Shown here in pieces: positions 1 to 9,972 of a DNA stretch of 64,000 bases. This DNA comes from an uncultured Candidatus Binatia bacterium (GTDB lineage Bacteria > Desulfobacterota > Binatia > UBA9968 > JAJDTQ01). Below the pieces are notes generated by a model, which saw only the letters and a program-made list of their open reading frames with translations, had not been told where the DNA came from and did no database searches. The position numbers and the translations under genes are program-made. The stretch is taken from NCBI GenBank assembly GCA_964291295.2, contig OZ219754.1:1440001-1504000 (forward strand), given 5' to 3'. Position 1 is the stretch's first letter. Each line of letters starts with the position of its first letter.

Positions 1-54
1 AACTCGCGGTACGAAGGCTGGATCATGGATCTCCTGCGTAACATGAAAGGGTGG

Positions 55-519
55 ATGATGGAACGCCGCCCCCGGCGCCGGGGCGCCGCCGCGCTGGCTT
101 GCGCGCTCCTGCTCGGGGCTCAGGCCGCCTGCCGCCACGCTCCGTCGGTGGTCTTCGAAGGTCCCGATGGAACCCGGGTCCGCTTCCGGGTGGAGGTGGC
201 CGACACCGCCGAGAAGCGGCGGTGGGGGTTGATGTACCGCCGCCACCTGGAGGCGGACCAAGGCATGCTGTTCGTGTTTCCGGAAGAGAAGGTCCAGTCG
301 TTCTGGATGAAGAACACACCCCTTTCCCTGGACATCATTTTCATGGACCGGAGCCGTCGGGTGGTGGGGATCGTCCGTGATACCGTGCCGTTCTCCACCC
401 GTTCCGTGGGCGTGGCGGCACCCAGCCGGTATGTGCTGGAGGTGCGCGCCGGTCTGGCGCGCCGTCATGGCATCGCGGTGGGCGCCGCCGCCCGCTTCCG
501 GCGCGTCAGATCTCCCTGA
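55..519 (+). CDS. DUF192 family protein, possibly a lipoprotein
   Basis: EVADT..R..GLMYR, GMLFVF, FWMKNTPLSLDIIF and YVLEV.AG motifs; hydrophobic N-terminus ending AQAAC. Start uncertain (ATGs at 25, 43, 55, 58). Confidence 0.85.
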   Translation: MMERRPRRRGAAALACALLLGAQAACRHAPSVVFEGPDGTRVRFRVEVADTAEKRRWGLMYRRHLEADQGMLFVFPEEKVQSFWMKNTPLSLDIIFMDRSRRVVGIVRDTVPFSTRSVGVAAPSRYVLEVRAGLARRHGIAVGAAARFRRVRSP

Positions 520-1582
520 AAAGGTAGGGCCGGATGGGTTGCAGCCGCTCCTCGTAGTCGTCCGGATTGAGCAGCCACAGGGTGGCGGCGATGCTGCTCA
601 GGAGCGAGTTGCCGTCCTGGGAGGTAAAGCACATGCCCACCACCTCGCGGTCTCCCCTCAGCGCCAGGCTCTGGTTGACGATGGCGGTGTGGTTCAGGAT
701 CCGTCCGAACAGCCCGTGGTCCCGGCCAAAGGAGAAGACCGAGGCCGACGACGGCTTGTCGGTGACGGCGACGCGGCCGTTCGATCGGATCCGCTGCATG
801 ATCTCGTCCATGGTGACGGCGCGCTTGAGGATCAGGTTGAAATGGATGGTGTGCATGTACTGGGTGTTGATCTTGAGCGCCGAGGAATAGATGTCGAGGT
901 CGAACCCCAGGGACTTGAACAGGTAGTAGGCATCCCGCCCTTGATGGGTGCCGAACCTTTCGTCGTCGTGGCGCCCCACCTCGGGAGCCGGAATGAAGTC
1001 GCCCTCCTGGCTGATGTCGTTGGCCCGCCGCATGCAGACGAACCGTCCGGCTTCCAGATTGTCTTCCTTCGCCGGCCCCAGAGCGAGGGTGTCGATGAGA
1101 ACCGCCAGATTGTGCGTGTTGCAGCTCACCACCTGGATGAAGCGGTCTTCTTCGCGGTCCAGGGCCGTGTCGTTGATGCCCCGGGCATACATCTTGCCGA
1201 ATCCGAACTCGCTGCCCTGGGCGATGAACCCCTTGTCTTTGCCGCCCGCGTAGTGCCGGTAGTGTTTCTCCTTGTTCTGGTTCCCCACCGGGGTACAGTC
1301 GATGACCACGGAACTGCGCTCAATGGCCGCTTCCGAATCGAAGGCCGGGTCCACTCCCAGCGCGGCGAATTCGTCCCAGCGATCCTTCTCGACGCTCAGC
1401 CGGGCACCCTTGCCCTGCAGCGCCTTGACCTTGGAACGGTCCGTCACCCTCGGGGTCTGCTTGTTGAATGTCACCTCATCGATGCCGAACGCTTCCCTGA
1501 AACTCGCCAGGATACCGATGAGCGGCTCGCCGATGGTACCTGTACCGACAACGTGAACGACCTTCTTTCCCATCGAGTTCAC
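506..1582 (-). CDS. Archaeal-type (type II) glyceraldehyde-3-phosphate dehydrogenase-like protein
   Basis: Rossmann VVGTGTIG, IDCTP, catalytic VVSCNTH, RRA.D, HQG.D and MH.IH motifs; GAGGA RBS before GTG 1582 (alternative ATG 1573). Confidence 0.65.
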   Translation of the reverse strand: MNSMGKKVVHVVGTGTIGEPLIGILASFREAFGIDEVTFNKQTPRVTDRSKVKALQGKGARLSVEKDRWDEFAALGVDPAFDSEAAIERSSVVIDCTPVGNQNKEKHYRHYAGGKDKGFIAQGSEFGFGKMYARGINDTALDREEDRFIQVVSCNTHNLAVLIDTLALGPAKEDNLEAGRFVCMRRANDISQEGDFIPAPEVGRHDDERFGTHQGRDAYYLFKSLGFDLDIYSSALKINTQYMHTIHFNLILKRAVTMDEIMQRIRSNGRVAVTDKPSSASVFSFGRDHGLFGRILNHTAIVNQSLALRGDREVVGMCFTSQDGNSLLSSIAATLWLLNPDDYEERLQPIRPYLFREI

Positions 1583-1749
1583 TCCTCAAGGCCGACGCGG
1601 CTCAAGGCTGGCCCCGGGCGCGCACCCCGTCCTTTCATGTTCCAATGGCTGCTGGTAGACTGCCGACAGGGACAGGGAGGGCCGGCGCCAGGCAACGACT
1701 TTCCCTGCAGAGCATACAGGCTGGGCCCGGGTAAGAAAAGGGGAGGGTT

Positions 1750-3237
1750 TTGGACAAAAGCCTCGAGAGTCGGCCCGCGTTCTCGCCGGCGGCGTTCTTC
1801 GACGAGCGGTTCGGCGTCACCGCGCGGGACCTGGATCGGATCCTGGGCCGCGCCATGGCCCGGCAGGCGGACTATGCGGACCTCTTTTTCGAGTATCGGA
1901 CCAACGACGAGGTCCGGCTCGAGGAGGGGCTGGTCAAGCATGCGTCGGTGTCCACCACCAACGGCGTCGGCGCCCGGGTTCTGGCCGAGGACAGGACCGG
2001 CTACGCGTACACGGACGACGTCACCATCAGGAACCTGGACTCGGCGGTGAGGACGGCGAATGTCATCGCCAACGACCGAGGCTCGGACCGGCCCGTGCAT
2101 GTTCCCGGTCCGACGGCCCCCGAGCATGATCTCTATCCGGTCCCACTCTCCTTTTCGGACGTTCCGCTGGAGCGCAAGATCGGCCTGTTGCAGGATCTGG
2201 ACCGGTTCGCCAGAAAGGCCGACCCCCGGGTGACGGGGGTCTTCGCCTCGATCCTGATGGAGAACAAGGTCGTCCTCGTCGCCTCTTCGCAGGGATGGGT
2301 TCTGGGAGACTTCCAGCCCCTGGTGCGCTGCAACATCCGTTGCGTGGTGGAGGCCGACGGCAAGCGGCAGGCCGGGTACTTCGGATGGGGCGGACGGATG
2401 ACGCTGGACGAGTGCGTGGATGCGGAGCGGTGCGAAGCCCATGCCCGGGAGGCGGTTCGCCAGGCGCTGGTGAACCTCGAGGCGGTGGCGGCTCCCGCCG
2501 GCCCCAGGGACGTGGTGCTCGGGCCGGGCTGGCCCGGCATCCTGCTCCACGAGGCCATCGGGCACGGTCTGGAGGCGGACTTCAACCGCCGCGGGACGTC
2601 GGCCTTCTCCGGCCGCATCGGCGAGCGCGTGGCCACCGAACTCTGCACGGTGGTGGACGACGGCACCCTCCCCGGGCGGCGCGGCTCGCTCAATGTGGAC
2701 GACGAGGGCACGCCGACCCGGCGCACGGTGTTGATCGAGAACGGCATCCTGCGAGGCTACATGCACGACCGGTTGAACGCCGCGCTCCTGGGCATGGATC
2801 TCACCGGCAACGGCCGGCGTGAAAGCTACGCCCACGTGCCCATGCCGCGCATGACCAACACTTTCATGCTGGCCGGCGAGGAGGACCCGCAGGATATCAT
2901 CCGCTCGGTGAAGGACGGCGTCTACGCGGTCTCCTTCGGCGGCGGACAGGTGGACATCACCAGCGGCAAGTTCGTCTTTTCCGCCAGCGAGGCGTACCGG
3001 ATCGAGGACGGCCGGGTCACCCATCCGGTGCGGGACGCCACCCTCATCGGCAACGGGCCGGACGTGCTCACGCGGGTGAGCCGGGTGGGCTCGGACCTCG
3101 CACTGGACCACGGCATCGGCATCTGCGGCAAGGATGGCCAGGGAGTGCCGGTGGGGGTCGGACTGCCGACGGTCCGCGTGGACCAGATCGTGGTGGGCGG
3201 CACCGCCGTGCGCGGTGCCGGCTCCTTCCAGGATTGA
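1750..3237 (+). CDS. tldD: TldD metalloprotease
   Basis: GWPGILLHEAIGHGLEADFNR, DDEGTP, PMPRMTNT, GGQVDITSGKF and CGKDGQGVPVGVG motifs. Confidence 0.93.
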   Translation: MDKSLESRPAFSPAAFFDERFGVTARDLDRILGRAMARQADYADLFFEYRTNDEVRLEEGLVKHASVSTTNGVGARVLAEDRTGYAYTDDVTIRNLDSAVRTANVIANDRGSDRPVHVPGPTAPEHDLYPVPLSFSDVPLERKIGLLQDLDRFARKADPRVTGVFASILMENKVVLVASSQGWVLGDFQPLVRCNIRCVVEADGKRQAGYFGWGGRMTLDECVDAERCEAHAREAVRQALVNLEAVAAPAGPRDVVLGPGWPGILLHEAIGHGLEADFNRRGTSAFSGRIGERVATELCTVVDDGTLPGRRGSLNVDDEGTPTRRTVLIENGILRGYMHDRLNAALLGMDLTGNGRRESYAHVPMPRMTNTFMLAGEEDPQDIIRSVKDGVYAVSFGGGQVDITSGKFVFSASEAYRIEDGRVTHPVRDATLIGNGPDVLTRVSRVGSDLALDHGIGICGKDGQGVPVGVGLPTVRVDQIVVGGTAVRGAGSFQD

Positions 3238-3243
3238 ACTTCG

Positions 3244-4599
3244 ATGGAGCGTTTGCCGATGGATCGGGAGCTTGCGGCGGGACTGCTGGACCGGGCCAAG
3301 GCCAAGGGCGCCTCGCAGGGCGACGTGACCGTGGTGGCGCACGAGGGGTTCCGGGTGGCCGTGCGGCTCGGGAAGGTGGAAACCGTGAGCCAGGCCCGCG
3401 CGACCCGGCTCGGGCTGCGGCTTTTCTTCGGCACGAGAGCTGCCGCCGTCTCCACCTCCGATCTGTCGCGCGCCTCGCTGGACCGACTGCTGGATGAGAC
3501 CTGCGCCATGGCCCGGGCCACGGCCGAGGACGAGTTCGGCGGCCTGCCGGAGCCCGGCGAACTGGCGACCCGGGTGCCGGACCTCGATTTGCTGGACGAG
3601 GGGGCGCGGGACATGCCGGTGGAGCAGGGCATCGACGCCGCCCGCGCGGCCGAGGAGTGCGCGATGCAGTCCGACCCGCGGATCACCAACTCCGAGGGCG
3701 CGGAGTTCGCCACCTCCTTCCACCGCGTGATCCACGCCAACTCGGCGGGCTTTGCCGGCGAGTTCGCCGCCTCGGCCTTCCATCTGTCCGTGACGCCGGT
3801 GGCCGTCTCCAATGGTTCCATGGAACGGGACTACTGGTTCTCGGCGGCGCGGCGGCTGGACGCCCTCGACGCCCCGGAGGCGGTGGGCCGCGAGGCGGGC
3901 CGTCGCGTGGTCCGCCGGCTGGGCGCCCGCAAGGTGCGGACCCGGGACGTGCCGGTGGTGTTCGACGCACCCGTTGCGGGTACCCTGGCGTGGCACGTGG
4001 GCCAGGCCGTGTCCGGCTACGCCCTTTATCAGCGCACGTCCTTCCTGTGCGACCGTCTCGGTCAGCGCGTGGCGTCCCCGCTGGTCCACATCGTGGATGA
4101 CGGCACCCTTCCCTCGGCGCTGGGGTCGCGGCCTTTCGACGGCGAGGGTGTTGCCGTCCGCCGCAAGGACGTGGTGGAGGCAGGCGTTCTGAGGAGCTGG
4201 CTGCTGGACGCCTACAGCGCGCGAAAACTTGGCGGCAGATCCACCGGCAACGCGGTCCGGGACGCGGGCCAGGCTTCCCGCGTTTCACCCATGAACCTTC
4301 ACCTCATCCCGGGTGCGCACAGCCCCGGTGACATCATCGGTTCGGTGGACGACGGCCTCTACGTCACCGAGTTGATGGGCATGGGCGTCAACCTCGTGAC
4401 CGGCGACTATTCCAAGGGCGCGGCCGGGATCTGGATCGAAAAGGGCGAACTGGCCTATCCCGTGGCCGAGTTGACCATCGCCGGCAATCTCGACGAGATG
4501 CTGAGCCAGATCGAGATGGTCGGCGACGACCTCCGCCCGCAAAGCCCCGTGGCCGCGCCCACCGTCAAGGTCGCGCGCATGACCGTGGCCGGCGCATAG
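3244..4599 (+). CDS. pmbA: PmbA/TldE partner subunit
   Basis: MERDYW, PFDGEG, GVNLVTGDYSKGA and ELTIAGN motifs; lacks HExxH; directly follows tldD. Confidence 0.9.
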   Translation: MERLPMDRELAAGLLDRAKAKGASQGDVTVVAHEGFRVAVRLGKVETVSQARATRLGLRLFFGTRAAAVSTSDLSRASLDRLLDETCAMARATAEDEFGGLPEPGELATRVPDLDLLDEGARDMPVEQGIDAARAAEECAMQSDPRITNSEGAEFATSFHRVIHANSAGFAGEFAASAFHLSVTPVAVSNGSMERDYWFSAARRLDALDAPEAVGREAGRRVVRRLGARKVRTRDVPVVFDAPVAGTLAWHVGQAVSGYALYQRTSFLCDRLGQRVASPLVHIVDDGTLPSALGSRPFDGEGVAVRRKDVVEAGVLRSWLLDAYSARKLGGRSTGNAVRDAGQASRVSPMNLHLIPGAHSPGDIIGSVDDGLYVTELMGMGVNLVTGDYSKGAAGIWIEKGELAYPVAELTIAGNLDEMLSQIEMVGDDLRPQSPVAAPTVKVARMTVAGA

Positions 4600-4608
4600 G
4601 CGCGGCCT

Positions 4609-4818
4609 TCACGCCAGCCGGTATCCCTTTGCCAGCACCACCCGCATCAGCGCGTCGACGCTGGTGACCGCGGGGTCGAACTCGATGACGGCGACACTCC
4701 GCGCCACCGAGAAGTCCAGTTCGAGGACGCCGGGAGCGCTCTCGAACGCTTCGGTCAGGTCCGGTATCGCCCTGTCCGTCAGCGCTTCGATGGAAAGAAT
4801 GGCGGTCTTGGCGATCAT
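4609..4818 (-). CDS. Heavy-metal-associated (HMA)-fold small protein lacking CxxC
   Basis: 69 aa with HMA pattern (..PGV....SV....A.IEFDP...SV..L...V...GY); no MxCxxC. Confidence 0.55.
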   Translation of the reverse strand: MIAKTAILSIEALTDRAIPDLTEAFESAPGVLELDFSVARSVAVIEFDPAVTSVDALMRVVLAKGYRLA

Positions 4819-4840
4819 GGTGGTGCGCCGGGTCGCGGCG

Positions 4841-5320
4841 TCAGGCCCGCGGGGTTGCTCCGCTCCGTCCCAACAGCCGCCGGATCTCGTCGCCGGCGCG
4901 CTTGATTTCGGCCGCCGGCACGAGCCTCTCGAAGGCGGGGAAAAGCTGGCGTTCCTCGCTCCGGATGTGCTGTTCCAGCAGGTCGCCGAAGTCGAACAGG
5001 AATTTCCGCCGCCCGCCGGGGTCGGCGGGCCGGGTCACCAGTTCGCGGAACCGCCGGTGCTCGCGCTCAAGCCGGGCCACCAGTTCCCGGCTTTCCTGGT
5101 GGATCTCCATCAGCGGGAACAGGATGGTCTCTTCGGCCTCGAAGTGGGCTGTCAGGTTCTCGTCGAAGAAGCGCGCCACTTCCGCGGCGCATGCTTCGGT
5201 GGATGCGGCGTCGCCGGGGCCGAGTTGCCCGAGGGCATGCTTGCGGCAGCGCAAGGCGAGTGCCAGCCCGTGGTGATGGTCGTGGGACAGGGGGATCAGG
5301 GCGGGGTGTCTTCTTGCCAT
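4841..5320 (-). CDS. Hemerythrin HHE cation-binding domain protein
   Basis: MARRHPALIPLSHDHHHGL, HFEAEE, EH and HIRSEE motifs; likely start is ATG 5320. Confidence 0.8.
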   Translation of the reverse strand: MARRHPALIPLSHDHHHGLALALRCRKHALGQLGPGDAASTEACAAEVARFFDENLTAHFEAEETILFPLMEIHQESRELVARLEREHRRFRELVTRPADPGGRRKFLFDFGDLLEQHIRSEERQLFPAFERLVPAAEIKRAGDEIRRLLGRSGATPRA

Positions 5321-5335
5321 GGGGATCTGAGCAAA

Positions 5336-5364
5336 TTGACGGTGCCGGGCCGATGGGCTAACCT
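5336..5364 (+). promoter_or_regulatory. sigma70-type promoter for the OsmC-like/thioredoxin operon
   Basis: TTGACG (5336-5341), 17 nt, TAACCT (5359-5364). Confidence 0.55.
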
Positions 5365-5424
5365 TCAGGCCGCAGGCATCCCGGGGGTTCGCATCCCGGA
5401 GGGTCATATCCTGGAGGATCCTAT

Positions 5425-5913
5425 ATGACAGACGACATGACGGTCAAACGCGAGATCGTGATGGAGGCCGATACCGAGACCCTGGAGCGGCAGCGGAAGC
5501 GCGGCGCGGCGCGCGGCTTCACGGTGTTGTGCGACGAGGGCACACGCATCGGCGGCGACGACACCGCGCCGCCGCCGCTGGCCTATTTCGCGCTTTCCCT
5601 GGGATTCTGACTGCTCACCCAGATTTCCCGGTACGGGGAAATGATGAAGGTGAAGATCGGCAAGGCCCGGGTCCATGTCACTGCGCGTTTCAGGAACGAA
5701 GGTTCGGTGTTGCGGGAGACCATCGACGCCCGGGGAGTCGGATTCGAGACGAAGCTGGACGTGGAGTCCGAAGCGCCGCCGGAGCGGGTCGCCGCGGTGA
5801 TCCGCAACTCGGAGAAGGGCTGCTACGTGATGCAGACCATCCTCAAGCCGACGCCGGTGGAAATGCGGGTGACGCTCAACGGAGCGGACTTCGACCCCGG
5901 CAGACCGTCGTAA
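5425..5913 (+). CDS. OsmC-like protein, probable selenoprotein (UGA 5608-5610 = Sec62), 162 aa
   Basis: ORFs 5425..5610 and 5641..5913 are in the same frame with no other stop. Readthrough gives [22 protein letters not shown], the position of the OsmC/Ohr N-terminal Cys; second Cys in SEKGCYV; GGAGG RBS. Confidence 0.8.
5623..5642 (+). promoter_or_regulatory. Putative bacterial SECIS hairpin
   Basis: ATTTCCC-GGTACG-GGGAAAT perfect 7-bp stem; the G-initial loop starts 19 nt after the UGA. Confidence 0.6.
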
Positions 5914-5917
5914 AACG

Positions 5918-6778
5918 ATGGGCGAAGCGACCGAAGCGCTGGTATTCGACGTCGACCAGTCCGAGTTCGAGGCGCGGGTGCTGGAGCGTTCCAGGGAAAC
6001 GCCGGTGGCGGTGGATTTCTGGGCGCCGTGGTGCGGCCCGTGCCGGGTTCTGGGGCCGGTGCTGGAACGGGTGGTGGAAGAGTACGAGGGCAAGGTGCTG
6101 CTGGCCAAGGTCAATGTCGACGAGAACCAGGAGCTGGCGGCCGGCTTCGGCATCCAGGGGATCCCGGCCGTCAAGGTTTTCAAGGACGGCGCCCTGGCCA
6201 CGGAGTTCACCGGCGCGCTGCCTGAGCCCGCGGTCCGGGAGGTGCTGGCCAAGGTCGTGCCGTCACGCGAGGATGAGCGGGTGGCCGAGGCGGACCAACT
6301 GTGGTCCGCGGGCGACACCGGCAAGGCATTGGAGATCTACGCGCAGGTCCTGGATGAGTCGCCGCGCCACGCGGGCGCGCTTCTGGGACTGGGGCGGGGG
6401 CTGCTGGACGCGGACATCGAGCGCGCCCTTGGCCTCCTGGAAAGAGTCCCTCCCGGCGGTCCCGAGCGCCACGAGGCCGACCGGTTGATGGCCCGCCAGA
6501 ACCTGAGCGCGGGAGACGGCGCGGACACGGAGTCGCTGCGGCGGCAGCTTGCCGAGGCCCCGGACCGCATCGACCTGCGTTTCCGGCTGGCTCGGGCGCT
6601 GGCCGCGGAAGAGCACTATGAGGCCGCCCTGGAAGAGTTCCTGGCGGTGTTGCAACAGGACCGTACCTTCGAGGACGACGGCGCCCGCAAGGCCATGGTG
6701 CAGATCTTCGAGGTGCTGGGGCGGAGCGAACTTGCCGACCGGTTTCGGTCCGAGATGGCCAAGGTGCTGTTCAACTGA
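5918..6778 (+). CDS. Thioredoxin-TPR chaperedoxin (CnoX/YbbN family) with intact WCGPC
   Basis: [10 protein letters not shown] thioredoxin domain plus TPR-like helical C-terminus ([13 protein letters not shown]...[10 protein letters not shown]). Confidence 0.88.
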   Translation: MGEATEALVFDVDQSEFEARVLERSRETPVAVDFWAPWCGPCRVLGPVLERVVEEYEGKVLLAKVNVDENQELAAGFGIQGIPAVKVFKDGALATEFTGALPEPAVREVLAKVVPSREDERVAEADQLWSAGDTGKALEIYAQVLDESPRHAGALLGLGRGLLDADIERALGLLERVPPGGPERHEADRLMARQNLSAGDGADTESLRRQLAEAPDRIDLRFRLARALAAEEHYEAALEEFLAVLQQDRTFEDDGARKAMVQIFEVLGRSELADRFRSEMAKVLFN

Positions 6779-6829
6779 CAAGCGCGCGGTTCAACGGACA
6801 ACCCCGTCCCGCCGGCTTCATCCCCGCGC

Positions 6830-7954
6830 TCATCCCCGCGCCTGTGCCCCGGCGGCTTCCTCCGACGCGCCGGTGCCCGCGGTGCTGTCCAGCCGTGCCC
6901 GCAGCCGCGGGTAGAACCGCAGCGGGTTCTCGAACAGGATCTTGTGCTTCAGTTCGTCGCTCATGTCGTCGCGACCGAGCAGGTGCGGGATGTCGCCGCT
7001 GAAATCCCGTTGGTCACGTTCGTGGGGATAGTCGGAGGCCCACAGGAGGGTATGCTCCGGCACCAGCCGGGCGGTTTCGGGCAGCAGGGTCTCCTCGACT
7101 TCGGCGGCGAAGTAGATGTTGCCTTCCCGGAAATAGGCGCTGGGCTTGCGCTTGCAGTTCGGCGAGTAGTGTCCCTTGCGTTCGTATTCCTCATCCAGGC
7201 GGTCCATCATGTAGGGAACCCAGCCCGCGCCGCATTCCAGCACCCCGAAGCGCAGCTTGGGGAACTGCTCGAAGACGCCTTCGCAGATCATCGCCACGAG
7301 CTGCCGGAACTGCGCGAAAGGGTGCTCCAGGGTGTGGGCCACCATGAAGTTCCGGGTGCCGTCGATGCCCAGGTCCGGAAAGCTCATGCCGCCGTGCGGG
7401 GACACCGGCACGTCCAGCCTTTGCGCCTCCTCCCACAGGGGGTGGAATTCGGGCCCGCTGAACAGCCGTCCTCCCGGCGTGGCGGAAGGCAGCACCGCCC
7501 CCACCATCCCCAGTTCCTCGACGCTGCGGCGAAGCTCCCGCACCGCTTCGCCGATGTCCTGGATGGGAAGCAGCGCCACGCCCACGAGGCGCGGACTCAC
7601 CCGCATGAAGCGGTCGTGCAGCCAGTCGTTGTAGGCCCGCGCCATGACGATGGCCCACTCATGGTCCCGGATGGCCGCGTGGGTCAAACCCTGGGTCGGG
7701 TACAGCACCGTCAGTTCGATGCCATTTCGATCGAGAAAATCGAGCCACTGCCGGGCGTTGGGTCCGGTGCCGGCGCCGACCCAGCCGCCGGGCCGTCTCA
7801 ACGACCGCAGGTAGCCGTCCATGGTGAGTCCCGGCCAGAAACCATAGGAACGGTGCCATTCCAGTTCCGCGTACGGCCCGCCGATGTAATCGCGAAGCTC
7901 CTCGTCGAGTTCCATGATGTGTCCGTCGGCGTCGATGATGCGTTGTGGCGACAT
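6830..7954 (-). CDS. Amidohydrolase family protein (ACMSD/LigI-like, Amidohydro_2)
   Basis: IIDADGH, ARAYNDW, H, LECGAGW and WASDYPH motifs. Confidence 0.85.
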   Translation of the reverse strand: MSPQRIIDADGHIMELDEELRDYIGGPYAELEWHRSYGFWPGLTMDGYLRSLRRPGGWVGAGTGPNARQWLDFLDRNGIELTVLYPTQGLTHAAIRDHEWAIVMARAYNDWLHDRFMRVSPRLVGVALLPIQDIGEAVRELRRSVEELGMVGAVLPSATPGGRLFSGPEFHPLWEEAQRLDVPVSPHGGMSFPDLGIDGTRNFMVAHTLEHPFAQFRQLVAMICEGVFEQFPKLRFGVLECGAGWVPYMMDRLDEEYERKGHYSPNCKRKPSAYFREGNIYFAAEVEETLLPETARLVPEHTLLWASDYPHERDQRDFSGDIPHLLGRDDMSDELKHKILFENPLRFYPRLRARLDSTAGTGASEEAAGAQARG

Positions 7955-8168
7955 GATTTCCTCTTCCTCTCGTCCGGGGGTGGATGTCTCTTGATGGCGT
8001 AGATACTAGCCTGGATGCCACGGCGCGGCAAGCGGGCGGCGGCCGCCCGTGGATCGTGGACTCGTTGTCTGGTACGCTGCGGTCACGGACGGAAGTCCGC
8101 GAGTTCGGAGAGTCCGCAAGTCCGGAGTCCGAACGTCCATCATGGCGTGTTCAAACCGGGAGGCAAGC

Positions 8169-9896
8169 ATGCGGCGGCGCGTGTTCATGGTGACGGCGGC
8201 GGTGACGGTGGCCTTGGCGGCGGCGTGGGCCGCCGCGGCGTTGGCGGGACGCGGCACCGACGGCGAACTCAGGATGATCTACTGGCAGGCGCCGTCGATC
8301 CTGAACCCGTTTCTTTCGGGGGGAACCAAGGACATCCATGCGGCGGCGTTGGTGATCGAGCCGCTGGCGCACTACGACGAGAACGGCAACATGATTCCGG
8401 CGCTGGCGGCGGAGATCCCCACGCTGGAGAACGGCGGCGTCGCGGCGGATCTCAAGTCCGTCACCTGGAAGCTGAGGAAGGGCGTGACGTGGTCCGACGG
8501 CACGCCCTTCACCGCGGCGGACGTGGTGTTCACGGCCGCCTACTGCATGCACCCCGACGGGGGCTGCAACGCGGCCAGCCGGTTTCAGGACGCGGCTTCC
8601 GTGGAGGCCGTGGACGCCCACACCGTACGGATCTCCTTCACCGTGCCCATGCCCTTTCCGTATGCGCCGTTCGTGGGTGCGGTCTCGCCGGTGATCCAGA
8701 AGAGGCAATTCGACGGCTGCGCCGGCGCCCGGGCGCCGGAATGCACCCGCGAGAACTTCGCTCCCATCGGCACCGGCCCTTTCAAGGTGAAGGAGTTCCG
8801 ACCCAACGACGTGGTCCGGTACGAGATCAACCACCGCTACCGCAATCCGGACCAGCCGGCGTTCTCGTCGGTATTTCTGAAAGGCGGCGGCGATGCGGTG
8901 TCGGCGGCCCGGGCCGTGCTCGGGACCGGCGAGTTCGACTATGGCTGGAACCTCCAGGTGGAGCCCGAGATCCTCGCCGCCATGGCGAAGGCGGGGAAGG
9001 GCAAGGTGGTGTCGGCCTTCGGCCCGCTGGTGGAGCGGCTGATCGTGCAGCTGACCAATCCCGACCCCGCTCTGGGTGGCCGGCGGTCAACCTGGCAGGG
9101 CGGCAGGAACCCGCATCCCTTCCTCTCGGATCCGGCGGTGCGGCGCGCGCTGTCCCTGGCCATCGACAGGGGGGTCCTGGTGGAGACCGGCTACGGCCCC
9201 GCCGGCCGCATCACCTGCAATGTCCTGCCGGCCCCGCCGGTCTACGCTTCCAGCGCCAACGACTGGTGCAAGACCCAGGACATCGCCGGCGCCAACAGGC
9301 TCCTGGATGAGGCCGGCTGGGTGCGCGGACCCGACGGTATCCGCACCAGGAAAGGCGTGCGTCTTTCGATCCTCTACCAGACCTCCACGAATTCGGTGCG
9401 TCAGGGCACCCAGGTGCTGATCAAGCAGATGTGGCGCCAGATCGGCGTCGAGACCGAGCTCAAGAACATCAGCGCGTCGGTGTTCTTCGGCGGCGATCAG
9501 GCGAGCCCGGACACCTATCAGAAGTTCTACGCGGACATTCAGATGTACGCCGCCAACTTCGACGGCACCGACCCCCAGACCTACATGCAGAACTGGACCT
9601 GCAAGGAGATCCCCGCTCCCGGCAACCAGTGGATCGGCCGCAACATTCCGCGTTACTGCAATCCGGAATACGAAGAGCTCTCGGCGCTGCTGGCCAAGAC
9701 CGCGGGCATTCGCAAGCGCGCGGCCATCGCCAGGCGCATGAACGACATGCTCATCGACTACGGCGCGTTGATTCCGCTGGTCCATCGCGGCGAGGTGGCC
9801 GCCCACGCGCTGTCCCTCGGGGGCGTTCGTCACAACGCTTGGGACGCGACCCTGTGGAACATCCGGGAGTGGCACCGCCTCAAGCAGCGCCGGTAG
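8169..9896 (+). CDS. Peptide/nickel ABC transporter substrate-binding protein (family 5)
   Basis: Signal peptide after GGAGG-ATG 8169; LRKGVTWSDGTPFTAADV, PIGTGPF and VRRALSLAIDR motifs. Confidence 0.9.
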   Translation: MRRRVFMVTAAVTVALAAAWAAAALAGRGTDGELRMIYWQAPSILNPFLSGGTKDIHAAALVIEPLAHYDENGNMIPALAAEIPTLENGGVAADLKSVTWKLRKGVTWSDGTPFTAADVVFTAAYCMHPDGGCNAASRFQDAASVEAVDAHTVRISFTVPMPFPYAPFVGAVSPVIQKRQFDGCAGARAPECTRENFAPIGTGPFKVKEFRPNDVVRYEINHRYRNPDQPAFSSVFLKGGGDAVSAARAVLGTGEFDYGWNLQVEPEILAAMAKAGKGKVVSAFGPLVERLIVQLTNPDPALGGRRSTWQGGRNPHPFLSDPAVRRALSLAIDRGVLVETGYGPAGRITCNVLPAPPVYASSANDWCKTQDIAGANRLLDEAGWVRGPDGIRTRKGVRLSILYQTSTNSVRQGTQVLIKQMWRQIGVETELKNISASVFFGGDQASPDTYQKFYADIQMYAANFDGTDPQTYMQNWTCKEIPAPGNQWIGRNIPRYCNPEYEELSALLAKTAGIRKRAAIARRMNDMLIDYGALIPLVHRGEVAAHALSLGGVRHNAWDATLWNIREWHRLKQRR

Positions 9897-9972
9897 TGCT
9901 TGGACCCGGGCCCGCGGCACCGCCCGGAGGTTTGCCGCGGGCCGCCGCCGCGCCCCATGTCAGTCGCGCTCC

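Noticed and set aside
1750-4599. RiPP cluster around tldD/pmbA
   Set aside because: No precursor peptide, YcaO or other modifying enzymes adjacent.
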